From Gemmatimonadota bacterium (GTDB lineage: Bacteria > Gemmatimonadota > Gemmatimonadetes > Gemmatimonadales > GWC2-71-9), in NCBI GenBank assembly GCA_039933845.1, contig JBDTNH010000004.1, positions 259-64,258 on the forward strand: a stretch of 64,000 nucleotides of DNA. Reading direction: 5' to 3'. Both the position numbers and the translations under genes were made by a program. The notes beneath the pieces are model-generated. The model saw nothing but the letters and a program-made list of their open reading frames with translations. It was not told the DNA's origin and made no database searches. This document shows positions 54,869-63,944 of the stretch, one piece after another (the first letter of the stretch is position 1; the number at the start of each line of letters is the position of its first letter).

Positions 54869-55707
54869 GGGCTGAGGTGTCGTCCGAAAAACGACTTCGT
54901 CGAGGCGAAGAGCCGATCGAGCGCCGGGGTACTCCCCGCCCATGGGTGGATCGCGCCGTAGGTGTGCCCAGCCCCCTCGATCGCCAGGAAGGCGTGGTGC
55001 GCGGAGTCGCCGGCTGCGCCGAGTGCCTCGGCCTCGCGGAAGGAGACGGTCTCGTCCTGCGTGCCGTGTATCTGCAACCATGGCCGTCCCAGGCTCGAGG
55101 CGGCACCGGGGATGTCCAGCCGCCCGGCCTCATGCTCGAGACAGTCAGCTGCCACCTCGTAGTCGAGCGGGAGGCGAATGCCGAGGCGGGCATGTGGCAC
55201 CTCGATGCTACCCACCTCCTGCCATGCGGCCAGTTGCGCCTCGGTGTGACGCCGTGCCTGACCGATCGCCGACCAGGTGACCACCGCACCGACCTGTGGG
55301 CACTCGGCGGCCAGGAGGATGGCCAGCCCCCCCCCTCGTGAATGCCCCAGCACGCCAAGTGCCTTCGGGGGCAGCACGCCGAGCTCACCATGGCCGAGGG
55401 CCGCGAGCACGTGGTGCAGATCATCAAGCTCACGTGTGTAGGTGTTGCGCCGAAACCGCTCGGGCCGCGAAAATTCGCCCCCGGCGTCAACGCCCGACCC
55501 GCTCACGCTTGCGGTGACCGACACGAACCCGGCCCGCGCCAGTTGCTCGGCGAAGACGGGCAGGAAGGCGTAGTCCTTGAACCCCTTGAATCCATGGATC
55601 AGGAGCACCGCCGGTTGCTCGACATGGCGCGAACCGGCGCGGACGTCGATGAGGATCTCGCCGAGGGCGCCGTTGATCGAATGCTGGGTGAGTGTCGGAG
55701 TGGCCAT
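54865..55707 (-). CDS. alpha/beta hydrolase
   Basis: LLIHGFKG and nucleophile elbow GHSRGG. ATG 55707 is preferred over GTG 55716, which lies inside a repeat. Confidence 0.8.
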   Translation of the reverse strand: MATPTLTQHSINGALGEILIDVRAGSRHVEQPAVLLIHGFKGFKDYAFLPVFAEQLARAGFVSVTASVSGSGVDAGGEFSRPERFRRNTYTRELDDLHHVLAALGHGELGVLPPKALGVLGHSRGGGLAILLAAECPQVGAVVTWSAIGQARRHTEAQLAAWQEVGSIEVPHARLGIRLPLDYEVAADCLEHEAGRLDIPGAASSLGRPWLQIHGTQDETVSFREAEALGAAGDSAHHAFLAIEGAGHTYGAIHPWAGSTPALDRLFASTKSFFGRHLSP

Positions 55708-55714
55708 GATGAAC

Positions 55715-55749
55715 ACGAGAAGCGAGAATCGAGGAACGAGGAGCGAACA
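55715..55749 (+). repeat. heptamer tandem repeat (ACGAGAA/GCGAGAA-type, 5 units)
   Basis: acgagaa gcgagaa tcgagga acgagga gcgaaca, in the divergent intergenic region. Confidence 0.6.
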
Positions 55750-55800
55750 GGTACGGGAATCTACCCCGCCGTGGTCGCGACCTCATGGTCATGGCCAATT

Positions 55801-55825
55801 CGCTTTCTCGCCTTCTCGCTTTCAG
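55801..55825 (-). repeat. inverted partner of the 55715 repeat (about 3 units)
   Basis: The plus strand reads cgctttctcgccttctcgctttcag. Its reverse complement is GCGAGAA-type. Confidence 0.55.
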
Positions 55826-55858
55826 ATTACAGTGCACACCGGCCAAGGAGAGGGTGAC

Positions 55859-56413
55859 GTGCATTCGCTACACTCGACACAGCTCGCCACCGGCAAGGCC
55901 ATCTTCGGCGCCCGGGACGTCATGGTCGCGGAATGGTCCGATTGGCTTACCCGCCGCCAGGCGGGCGGGCGGATGCCCGAGGCACTGGTCGACCGCAAGC
56001 TGCGGTTGGTCCTCGACGTGTTGATCGAGATGCTTGGCCCGCTCCGGCGCGAGGCCAACCTGATCTGGCCGCGGGTGATGGAGCAGTACGGTCGGATTGG
56101 TGCCTCGCGCGGGCTCGCCGCCGGCGAGGTGGTCGAGGAAATTCAGCAACTTCGCGTCCTCCTGATTCGTCATGTCGGCGACACGATCGCCGCAATGCGT
56201 CCGCGTCGCTCGGTGGCCGTCTTCTTGCGCCTCAATGCCATCGTCGATCGCGGGATTGCCGAGGCGGTGGTCGGGTATACCGATGTCCTCGTGGCGTCGC
56301 TGCTCCCATCTGACCAGGATTCGATGTCGGTGATGTCCGAGTCGACCGAAGCGCTCGAGGCGCTGCTGGACGAGTTCGACATCGAGCTCGCCCGCGTCAC
56401 TGCCGGCCGCTGA
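55859..56413 (+). CDS. hypothetical helical protein (possibly RsbRD-N-like sensor domain)
   Basis: GTG at 55859 preceded by AAGGAGAGG. 184 aa. The family call is tentative. Confidence 0.5.
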   Translation: MHSLHSTQLATGKAIFGARDVMVAEWSDWLTRRQAGGRMPEALVDRKLRLVLDVLIEMLGPLRREANLIWPRVMEQYGRIGASRGLAAGEVVEEIQQLRVLLIRHVGDTIAAMRPRRSVAVFLRLNAIVDRGIAEAVVGYTDVLVASLLPSDQDSMSVMSESTEALEALLDEFDIELARVTAGR

Positions 56414-56418
56414 CGCAC

Positions 56419-57549
56419 ATGCCAGTGGATTCCAGCGCCCTGCTTGGCGCGATCTGGGGACTGCCGCTCGTGGCCCTTGTCCCGTTGGCACGTCGGCGAC
56501 CAGACGTTGCCATGCAACCGAGCGAGCGCGATCGTTCAGTCAGCGTCATCATTCCGGCCAGGAACGAGTCCGCCACGATCGGCAACCTCCTCGATTCGAT
56601 CTTGGCGTCGACACATCGCTCGTTCGAGGTCATCGTGGTGGATGATCGCTCCGACGACGATACCGCCCAGCAGGTGCGCCACCTGACCAGCGCGAACCGA
56701 CGGCTCCGCCTCGTGTCGGGCGCGGCACTCCCTCAGGGATGGTTTGGGAAACCCTGGGCATGCCAGCAAGGCGCCGCGGTCGCGACCGGTGAGTTCCTGC
56801 TCTTCACCGATGCCGACACCACACACCAGCCCGAGCTGCTTGCGCACGCGCTCGGTGGATTGCTCGCGGAGGAGGCCGACCTGCTTACGCTCACGAGTCA
56901 GCAGCGCTGCCAAACATTCTGGGAGCGCCTCGTGATGCCGCAGATCTGGCTGCTGCTGGGCGTGCGCTACGTCCCGGAACGGATCAATCGTGCCACACGA
57001 CCGGACCAGGTGGTTGCCAATGGGCAGTTCATCCTGATCCGCCGTTCCGCCTATGACGCCCTCGGTGGCCACGACGCCGTGCGTGGTGAGGTGGTCGAGG
57101 ATCTCGCGCTCGCCCAGCGTGCCTTTGCCGCCGGTCGCCGCGTGCGCATGATGCACGGCGAACGATTGCTCGCCACACGCATGTACCGCTCACTGGGCGC
57201 GATGATCGAAGGATGGTCGAAGAATCTGTATGTCGGATCGCGGCAGTCGATGGGTGGGCATCCCTTGCTCACACCGCTCGCGCCGTTCGCCGTGATGGCA
57301 GCCTTCGCCTTCTGGCTGGTGCCCCTGGCGCTCCTGATGCTGGGCCTCTTGCCCCACGCGATGCTGGTGGCCATCGGCTGCTCGCTCCTCTTCTGGACCC
57401 TGATCGCGTTCGGCATGGAGATTCCCATCCAATATGCGATCGGCTATCCCCTCGGTGCGCTCATGGCGCTCGGCATCATGGTGCGCTCCTCCCTGCGCGG
57501 CCGACGACATATCGTGTGGAAGGGCCGTCGGTATGCGAGCAACGTCTGA
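56419..57549 (+). CDS. membrane-anchored family 2 glycosyltransferase (CrtQ/CruC/HpnB-like architecture)
   Basis: VSVIIPARNE, VVDDRSDDDT, FTDADT (DxD). N-terminal and C-terminal TM helices. Confidence 0.85.
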   Translation: MPVDSSALLGAIWGLPLVALVPLARRRPDVAMQPSERDRSVSVIIPARNESATIGNLLDSILASTHRSFEVIVVDDRSDDDTAQQVRHLTSANRRLRLVSGAALPQGWFGKPWACQQGAAVATGEFLLFTDADTTHQPELLAHALGGLLAEEADLLTLTSQQRCQTFWERLVMPQIWLLLGVRYVPERINRATRPDQVVANGQFILIRRSAYDALGGHDAVRGEVVEDLALAQRAFAAGRRVRMMHGERLLATRMYRSLGAMIEGWSKNLYVGSRQSMGGHPLLTPLAPFAVMAAFAFWLVPLALLMLGLLPHAMLVAIGCSLLFWTLIAFGMEIPIQYAIGYPLGALMALGIMVRSSLRGRRHIVWKGRRYASNV

Positions 57550-57564
57550 GCACGGCTCACTGGC

Positions 57565-58320
57565 ATGATCCTGTTGCTGGTTGCCGTTGCGGTGCCACAG
57601 GACACCCTGCACTTCGATTTCACGGTGCAGACCGTGCGATCGGTCGTGTCCGCCGAAGCCGGGCGCCCGCCCGCGTTCGACAGCCTCGCTCTGGCAGGCC
57701 GATTGACGGTCGTGCTGTCGGACACGATCGGTGGACGTGTGGCCCATGTCAGGATTGACAGTGTGGCTTCCGACCGCCGGACCGCGACGAGGGGTCCACA
57801 GCTTGGGGGCAGCCGCTACAGCGCGGTGCTCCGGTACGGTGAGCGCCCATCAACGGTTACCCCGGTTGGCAGCTCCCTCGCGGCCATGCAGGGCTTACCC
57901 GTGGTGGCGGCGCTCTTCCCCACCATCCAACCGGGCGTCGCCATCAATGACCGCTGGGTCGATACCACCGAGGTCGAGCATGTGGTGGCAGGCGTCCGCT
58001 CGCACGGCACACGAGTCACTTCGTGGTTCGTGATCGATCGCCGCGACGATGCGCTTCTGGTGTCGGGGACGTTCGCCGACTATGCCGCCGCAATTCTCGA
58101 CCCCAGCAATACCATCACCCTGACTCAGCACGGCACCGTCCACACCGTGGTGAGGCCGGGCTCACCCGCTGATGTTGCCGAGGTGACCGACTCGGCCGAC
58201 GTGGCACTCACGCTCAGCGGAACGGTGCTGCGCATTCGTCAACTCACCCAGATCCGGCTGGTGCGGCGCGGATTCATCGCGCCCGGTGGGCCGACCTTGC
58301 GGCGACGCGTACCCAACTGA
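57565..58320 (+). CDS. hypothetical protein, probably secreted
   Basis: Hydrophobic N-terminus MILLLVAVAV, beta-rich sequence, no motif. Confidence 0.5.
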   Translation: MILLLVAVAVPQDTLHFDFTVQTVRSVVSAEAGRPPAFDSLALAGRLTVVLSDTIGGRVAHVRIDSVASDRRTATRGPQLGGSRYSAVLRYGERPSTVTPVGSSLAAMQGLPVVAALFPTIQPGVAINDRWVDTTEVEHVVAGVRSHGTRVTSWFVIDRRDDALLVSGTFADYAAAILDPSNTITLTQHGTVHTVVRPGSPADVAEVTDSADVALTLSGTVLRIRQLTQIRLVRRGFIAPGGPTLRRRVPN

Positions 58321-58700
58321 AGCAGGATGGTGTTCGACCGTGAGGGCGTCGTCGACAGACTCCGCGGGTGCAGTGCCCGGCCACGTTACCCGCAACCGCG
58401 CGAGACATTTTTCGCCTGATCGGCGCCGCTTTACTTTCGGTACCGAGCGTGGCGTCCGTCCCGCCCGACCCCGACACGCCGCTCTGGCAAGTCGGCATGC
58501 TGGGCAGCTTGCCCTGCTGGTGGACTCCCCGTGACCCACGCTCCGCCCGGAAGCGTGCCCATCGTCTAGCTCGCAGCGGTCACCTCGGCCTGATCCTCAG
58601 TGGCGAGACCTCGGGCCAACACGAGCTGATCGTGACGATTCGGCCCTGCCTGCCGTTCCGCGTCGTCCCACCACTCCACCAATCGCTCGGCCTCACTCGG

Positions 58701-61277
58701 ATGAGTCACGCGGCGCCAACCGGGTCCCGCCTGGGCGATGCCATCGCCTTCGCGAAGGCGCTCGATCTTGATGCCCAGGGACGGGAAACATTCCAACGCC
58801 TGCGTGGGGTCATGGCCGTGGCTGCGCCGGATCTGCGAGGGTCCACCGAGCCTGCCGATCGACAAACCTGGCTCCTGCTCCAGGTCACGCGACTGCTCTT
58901 CCTCCGATTCGTCGAATCGGAGGGATGGCTCGATGGCTCGGTCACTTTCCTGCGCGATGCCGTGGATCAGGTCCTGACCTCCTGCAAGGACCCCGGCCGC
59001 GAGTTGCTCGAGCCGCTGTTTTTCGGAACGCTCAACCGTCCTCGCGATCGGCGGAATACTCGATCGCGGCAATTCGGCACGATCCCATTCCTCAATGGTG
59101 GTCTCTTCGAACCACATGCCCTCGAACGGGCGCACGCGTGGCGACTCCCTCGTGATCGCTGGCGTGAGTTGCTGGATGCCGTGATCAACTCGACCGAAGT
59201 GTCGCTCGACCTCGATGCCCATCCGGACACGATCTCTCCCGAGATGCTGGGTCGGATCCTCGAGGGACTGATGGACCCCGAGGAACGCTCCCGTGCCGGC
59301 GTGTTCTACACACCACCCGCGCTGGTCGAGGTCGTCGTCCGTGAAGCGGTGGCATGTCACATGGCCGCACGCCTCGGTCGCTCGGAGAGTCAGATCCACG
59401 ACGCGCTCGACGCTCCCGACCCGGATTTGGTCATGCACCTTCGGAGACTTCGCGTCCTGGATCCGGCGGTCGGGTCGGGCGCCTTCCTCGTCGGGGCACT
59501 CCACCTACTGCGACGAGGTGCCGGCAGTTCGACGGCGCTCACGCGTCGCCTGATCACCAGCAACCTGCATGGCATCGATCGCAATCCGACCGCGGTCCGC
59601 GTCACGGAGCTGCGTCTGTGGCTCGAGCTCCTGCGCACGATGCGAGGCACTCGGGCCGATGCCGTCGACCCCCTCCCCAACCTCGATGCGGCGATACGAG
59701 CTGGAGATGCGCTGATCGACCCGCTCGAGGGTCGCCGGATTCCCTCGCACCTGATCGCGACACTCCAGCGGGCACGGCACCAGGTTGAGGCCGCTCATGG
59801 CAGCGCACACCACGCGGCACAGCGTCGGCTCGTTGTCGCGGAGCGCGCCGCGATCGATGCGGCACTCGGAGAGGAACTCGCCCGACTCACCGCGCAGCGC
59901 AGCGAGGCACTCGACGCCGGGAGCGCCGCCACACTCTTTCCGGATGCCGCCGCACCGGTCGCGGCGCCAGTCGATCTCGACCAGGCCATCACACGTGTCA
60001 CGCAAGAGCGCGAGGCTCTCGCGCGTGATGATCGCGCCGCCACCTTTGCCATCGAGAGTGCCTGGCCCGACGTGCTCGCCGATGGTGGCTTCGACCTCGT
60101 GATTGGCAATCCCCCGTGGGTGCGTTCGGAACGACTCCCCCCCTTGATGCGTGGTCGGCTCGCCGCGCGGTATCGGTGGTGGCATACCACGGGCACGGGA
60201 TGGCCACACCCACCGGATCTCGCCGTGGCCTTCGTCGAGCGTGCGTTTCGCTTGATTCGTCCGGGTGGGACGTTCGGACTCCTTGTCCCGGGGAAACTCG
60301 CCACAACCGCGTATGCCTCGGTCGCTCGAGCGGCATTGGTGCGCGAGGCCACGATCCACACGGTCGCCGATCTCGCCGACGATCCGCGGGCGGCGTTCGA
60401 CGCGACGACGTACCCGTTGGCACTGGTGGCCAGTCGCACACCGCCGGTCACGGAGCATCTCATCCGACGGAGCCTCGACCGCGGCGCAAGCGTCGTCCCG
60501 CAGTCCGCATGGCGAGGGGTGCGGTCGTGGGTCGGTACGGACGGCACCAGTACGGGACTGCTGCGTCGGCTCGCCTCGGACCATCCAACGGTGGCAACAA
60601 CCCACACCCCGAGCATCGGCGTCAAGACCGGAGCCAATGCGATCTTTTTGGATCCACCCGACGACCTTGACGCCTGGACAAGACCAGCGATTCGCGGCCG
60701 CGACATCGGGATCCACGGACTCACGGTGCGTCACCGGATCCTCTGGCCGATCGATCCCTCAGGTACCCCTTGCCGGGTGCTTTCTTCCGCAGTGCAACGC
60801 TACCTCGCCCCATTCGAGGCGCGCCTGCGGCACCGTGCCGATCAGGTCAGGGGGCCATGGTGGCAGATCTTCCGGATCGGGCCGGCTGCATCACGGTGGC
60901 GAGTGATCTGGCCAGACATTGCCACGGGACTCCGCGCGATCTCGCTCGAGAGCCCCGAGCCCGTCCCGCTCAACAGTTGCTATGTCGTGCCGTGCCTTTC
61001 GCGCGAACGGATGCTCCGTCTCGCGGCCTGGTTGTCCGTCTCGTGGATCAGGGCACTCGCCCGGATGGGCGCCGAGCGCGCTGCCGGTGGCCACCACCGC
61101 TTCGGTGCACGCGTCGTTGCCGGCCTTCCCTGTCCGGAGGCGGTCTGGAACGATCGTTGTTTCGACCCAACCAGTGATGCCACGGCGGCCAGGCGCGACG
61201 AACGCGCCGCGGAGCTACTCGGATTGGACCAGGATCACCGTGTCGCGCTCGCTGCACTCGCGCCGTCTCGTCGCTGA
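58701..61277 (+). CDS. PglX/Eco57I-like gamma-class N6-adenine DNA methyltransferase
   Basis: FLNGGLFEP, FYTPP, motif I VLDPAVGSGAFL (59454-59489), motif IV NPPW (60108-60119), and TaqI-C-type TRD signature IGVKTGANAIF. The frame is open upstream to 58368. Confidence 0.85.
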   Translation: MSHAAPTGSRLGDAIAFAKALDLDAQGRETFQRLRGVMAVAAPDLRGSTEPADRQTWLLLQVTRLLFLRFVESEGWLDGSVTFLRDAVDQVLTSCKDPGRELLEPLFFGTLNRPRDRRNTRSRQFGTIPFLNGGLFEPHALERAHAWRLPRDRWRELLDAVINSTEVSLDLDAHPDTISPEMLGRILEGLMDPEERSRAGVFYTPPALVEVVVREAVACHMAARLGRSESQIHDALDAPDPDLVMHLRRLRVLDPAVGSGAFLVGALHLLRRGAGSSTALTRRLITSNLHGIDRNPTAVRVTELRLWLELLRTMRGTRADAVDPLPNLDAAIRAGDALIDPLEGRRIPSHLIATLQRARHQVEAAHGSAHHAAQRRLVVAERAAIDAALGEELARLTAQRSEALDAGSAATLFPDAAAPVAAPVDLDQAITRVTQEREALARDDRAATFAIESAWPDVLADGGFDLVIGNPPWVRSERLPPLMRGRLAARYRWWHTTGTGWPHPPDLAVAFVERAFRLIRPGGTFGLLVPGKLATTAYASVARAALVREATIHTVADLADDPRAAFDATTYPLALVASRTPPVTEHLIRRSLDRGASVVPQSAWRGVRSWVGTDGTSTGLLRRLASDHPTVATTHTPSIGVKTGANAIFLDPPDDLDAWTRPAIRGRDIGIHGLTVRHRILWPIDPSGTPCRVLSSAVQRYLAPFEARLRHRADQVRGPWWQIFRIGPAASRWRVIWPDIATGLRAISLESPEPVPLNSCYVVPCLSRERMLRLAAWLSVSWIRALARMGAERAAGGHHRFGARVVAGLPCPEAVWNDRCFDPTSDATAARRDERAAELLGLDQDHRVALAALAPSRR

Positions 61278-63267
61278 GGCGCTCGACACCCTGCGAGGCC
61301 TACCGCGCGCCGGGAGCGCCCGCGTACCCGGACCGGTGCCACCCCTTTTCCCTGCCGCGCTCTCACCGGACCAGCTCGAACTGGCAGCGCGCGTGGTGGC
61401 GGCCCTTGACGGATGGCGTGCAGTCGTGCTCGCGGCACCAGTTGGCAGCGGCAAGACCTGGATCGCACTCCACGCCGCGGCAGTGCGCGGCGGCGCGATT
61501 GCCGTGATCGGACCCGCGGCGCTCCGGCAGCAGTGGTTCCGCACCGCGGACAGACTCGCGATCCGCATCACGTATACTTCGCTAGCGCAGGTCAGTCGGG
61601 GTCATCTCCCGCCACACTCCCGGATGGTCCTGATCGATGAAGCGCATCGGCTCCGGAATCCGGGAACGCGTCGTGTCCAGCACCTGGCTCCATGGTTGAT
61701 CGGCTGCGAGACGATTTTCATCACGGGCACACCGATCGTGAATGGACCACGCGACCTGATCGGTCTCCTCCGCCTCTCCCTGGCCGACGACTGTCTCCGC
61801 CTGGATGGTGTCAGGTCACTCGAGGCACTCCTTGCCGCACCCATCCCTCCCCCAGCACTCGCACGATTGGTCGTGCGAGGAGCACCGCAGAGGTCGCGAG
61901 TGCCGATCATCCGACGCGAGCTCGCGCCGCTCCCCGCGGAAAATGCTCGTGGCAAGAGAGTCCTCGAGACACTTGCCACACTGGCGTTGGGCGAGTCAGC
62001 CGCCATCGCGCGGCTCGTGCGCGTCGTGCTTCTCGATGCCGCCGCCTCGAGCGATGCGGCATGGCACCTCGCGCTGGCGCGATATCGAACGCTGCTCCGT
62101 CACGCGCGTCAGGCCGGGAGACTCTCACGAGCAGCCATCCGAGCCTTCGTCGGGCCGTACCCGGATCAGGGCGTGATGTGGCAGCTCTTCCGGACATCGG
62201 ATCTCCCGAGCCTGCTCCCTGTCGACGACCTGACTGCGCTGGACGAGGCACTGGCCACGCCGCCCGACGACACGGCCTGGATCACTGCGGTGATCGCCGC
62301 CATCGCCGGGCTCGGCCCGACCCTCCTCTTCACCCGACATCTCGGGACACTCGACGTTGTGAGAAGGGCCGCGGGGCCCCGTGTGGCGTGGGTGTCCGGT
62401 GAGTCTGCCGGGATCGGCGAACACCGCCTACCACGCAGCGCGGTACTCGCGGCATTTGGTCCGGAGCGAACCATCTGGCAGGCTCGGCGCACCATTCCCG
62501 AGCTTCTGGTGCTCAGCGATGTTGGCGCCGAGGGCCTCGATCTGCAGGGCGCGCGCTGCGTGGTACACCTCGACCTCCCGTGGCATGACACCGGGATCAG
62601 GCAGCGAACCGGCCGTGCGGCACGCATCGGACAACGAGCGCCCCACGTGATGGAGATCCGCCGACTTCCACCGACCCCGATCGGCGAGGCACTCGGTATC
62701 GTGCGGATGGTCCAGCGAAAGGCCCAACGCGCACGGCTCTGGATGCGCGCCTTGGACCGCTCGCCCATTGTGATCGCGGCGCCGTCCGAGCTCGGTACCG
62801 GTTGCTGCGACATGTACGTGCGCGTGACGCTCGAGTGCGGTGCCCAGCACGGGGAGATTGCGCTGGGACGCGAGCACGGCGGTTCGCGGTGGCAGGTGCA
62901 GGAGCTGGGGATGGTCGAGGCACTGCAACGACGGGGAGCGCTGGTCCGGACGGATCCTGCCCGCTTCCCCCCTCCCCAGCTTGTGGAGGCGGTTCGGCGG
63001 TTCACCTCGCCGGTGTTTGTCTCCCGGCCGGAGCTGGTGGTGCGCTTGATGGCCGCTGCGGCCGATGCTGCAACGCGGCGGCGGGTCGATCTGGTGACTG
63101 GATTGGATCACCTGGTGCGGTGCACGTCCCGAGGTCATGGCATCGGGCTCGAGCGGCACCTTGCCAGTGCGACGGTCGACCACTTGCTCTCCACCGTCTC
63201 GCTGTTCGAGCGAGGGGCGCCGGACCAGATCCTGCGCTGGGTCTACCTCATCCCGACCCTATCCTGA
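61240..63267 (+). CDS. SNF2-family (DEAH) helicase with an unassigned C-terminal domain
   Basis: Walker A APVGSGKT (61435-61458), DEAH (61636-61647), TGTPIVN, SDVGAEGLDLQ, QRTGRAARIGQ. A GTG at 61240 overlaps the MTase 3' end by 38 nt, but the start is uncertain. Confidence 0.8.
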   Translation: MSRSLHSRRLVAEALDTLRGLPRAGSARVPGPVPPLFPAALSPDQLELAARVVAALDGWRAVVLAAPVGSGKTWIALHAAAVRGGAIAVIGPAALRQQWFRTADRLAIRITYTSLAQVSRGHLPPHSRMVLIDEAHRLRNPGTRRVQHLAPWLIGCETIFITGTPIVNGPRDLIGLLRLSLADDCLRLDGVRSLEALLAAPIPPPALARLVVRGAPQRSRVPIIRRELAPLPAENARGKRVLETLATLALGESAAIARLVRVVLLDAAASSDAAWHLALARYRTLLRHARQAGRLSRAAIRAFVGPYPDQGVMWQLFRTSDLPSLLPVDDLTALDEALATPPDDTAWITAVIAAIAGLGPTLLFTRHLGTLDVVRRAAGPRVAWVSGESAGIGEHRLPRSAVLAAFGPERTIWQARRTIPELLVLSDVGAEGLDLQGARCVVHLDLPWHDTGIRQRTGRAARIGQRAPHVMEIRRLPPTPIGEALGIVRMVQRKAQRARLWMRALDRSPIVIAAPSELGTGCCDMYVRVTLECGAQHGEIALGREHGGSRWQVQELGMVEALQRRGALVRTDPARFPPPQLVEAVRRFTSPVFVSRPELVVRLMAAAADAATRRRVDLVTGLDHLVRCTSRGHGIGLERHLASATVDHLLSTVSLFERGAPDQILRWVYLIPTLS

Positions 63268-63284
63268 CTCGACTAGGTTGTGGC

Positions 63285-63944
63285 ATGTCAACACCTCATC
63301 CTGTCCTGTTCGACCTCGACGGCACCCTCATCGACTCGATCGATCTGATCGTGGACAGTTACCTGCATGTCTTCCGGACGCATCAGTTGCCCGTGCTCTC
63401 CCGCGAGGAACTGATCGAGGGAATCGGCACACCGCTCTGGACCGTCTTCGGGGGCTTCACCGACGATCGTGCCGTGATCGATGGCTGGATCGTGACCTAC
63501 CGGGAGTACAACCTCGCGCATCACGACCAGCGTGTGGTGGCCTTCCCCGGGGTCACCGAAATGCTCCGGTCGATCCATGACGCGGGGCGCCCGCTCGGAC
63601 TCGTCACGAGCAAGAATCACGCGGGTGCCGAACGCGGACTTCGTCTGATCGGGGTCCGGGAGCTCTTTGCGGTGATCGTGGGCGCCGACGATGTGACCCA
63701 CCCCAAGCCGCATCCGGAGCCCGTCCAGCGCGCGCTCGGGCAACTCGATGCGGTGGCAACGAATGCGTGGTACATCGGTGATTCGCACCACGACATTGAT
63801 TGCGGCAACGCAGCCGGAGTCCGCACCATCGGCGTCACGTGGGGGCCCGTTTCGCGGGAGAGGTTGACCGCATCTGGGCCAACACACCTCATCGACACAC
63901 CCGACCAGCTGCTGGACCATCTGGGCGTGCCCCGCCGAGGGTAG
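63285..63944 (+). CDS. HAD family phosphatase (PGP/PpaX-like)
   Basis: Motif I LFDLDGTLIDS, motif II LVTSK, motif IV GDSHHDIDCG. Confidence 0.85.
   Translation: MSTPHPVLFDLDGTLIDSIDLIVDSYLHVFRTHQLPVLSREELIEGIGTPLWTVFGGFTDDRAVIDGWIVTYREYNLAHHDQRVVAFPGVTEMLRSIHDAGRPLGLVTSKNHAGAERGLRLIGVRELFAVIVGADDVTHPKPHPEPVQRALGQLDAVATNAWYIGDSHHDIDCGNAAGVRTIGVTWGPVSRERLTASGPTHLIDTPDQLLDHLGVPRRG

Noticed and set aside
58701-63267. Complete BREX, DISARM or classical type I/III R-M system
   Set aside because: Only a PglX-like MTase and an SNF2 helicase are present. There is no PglZ, BrxC/L, DrmA/B/C, HsdS/HsdR or Res-type nuclease motif anywhere in the window. It is therefore reported as an unclassified pair rather than a named system.
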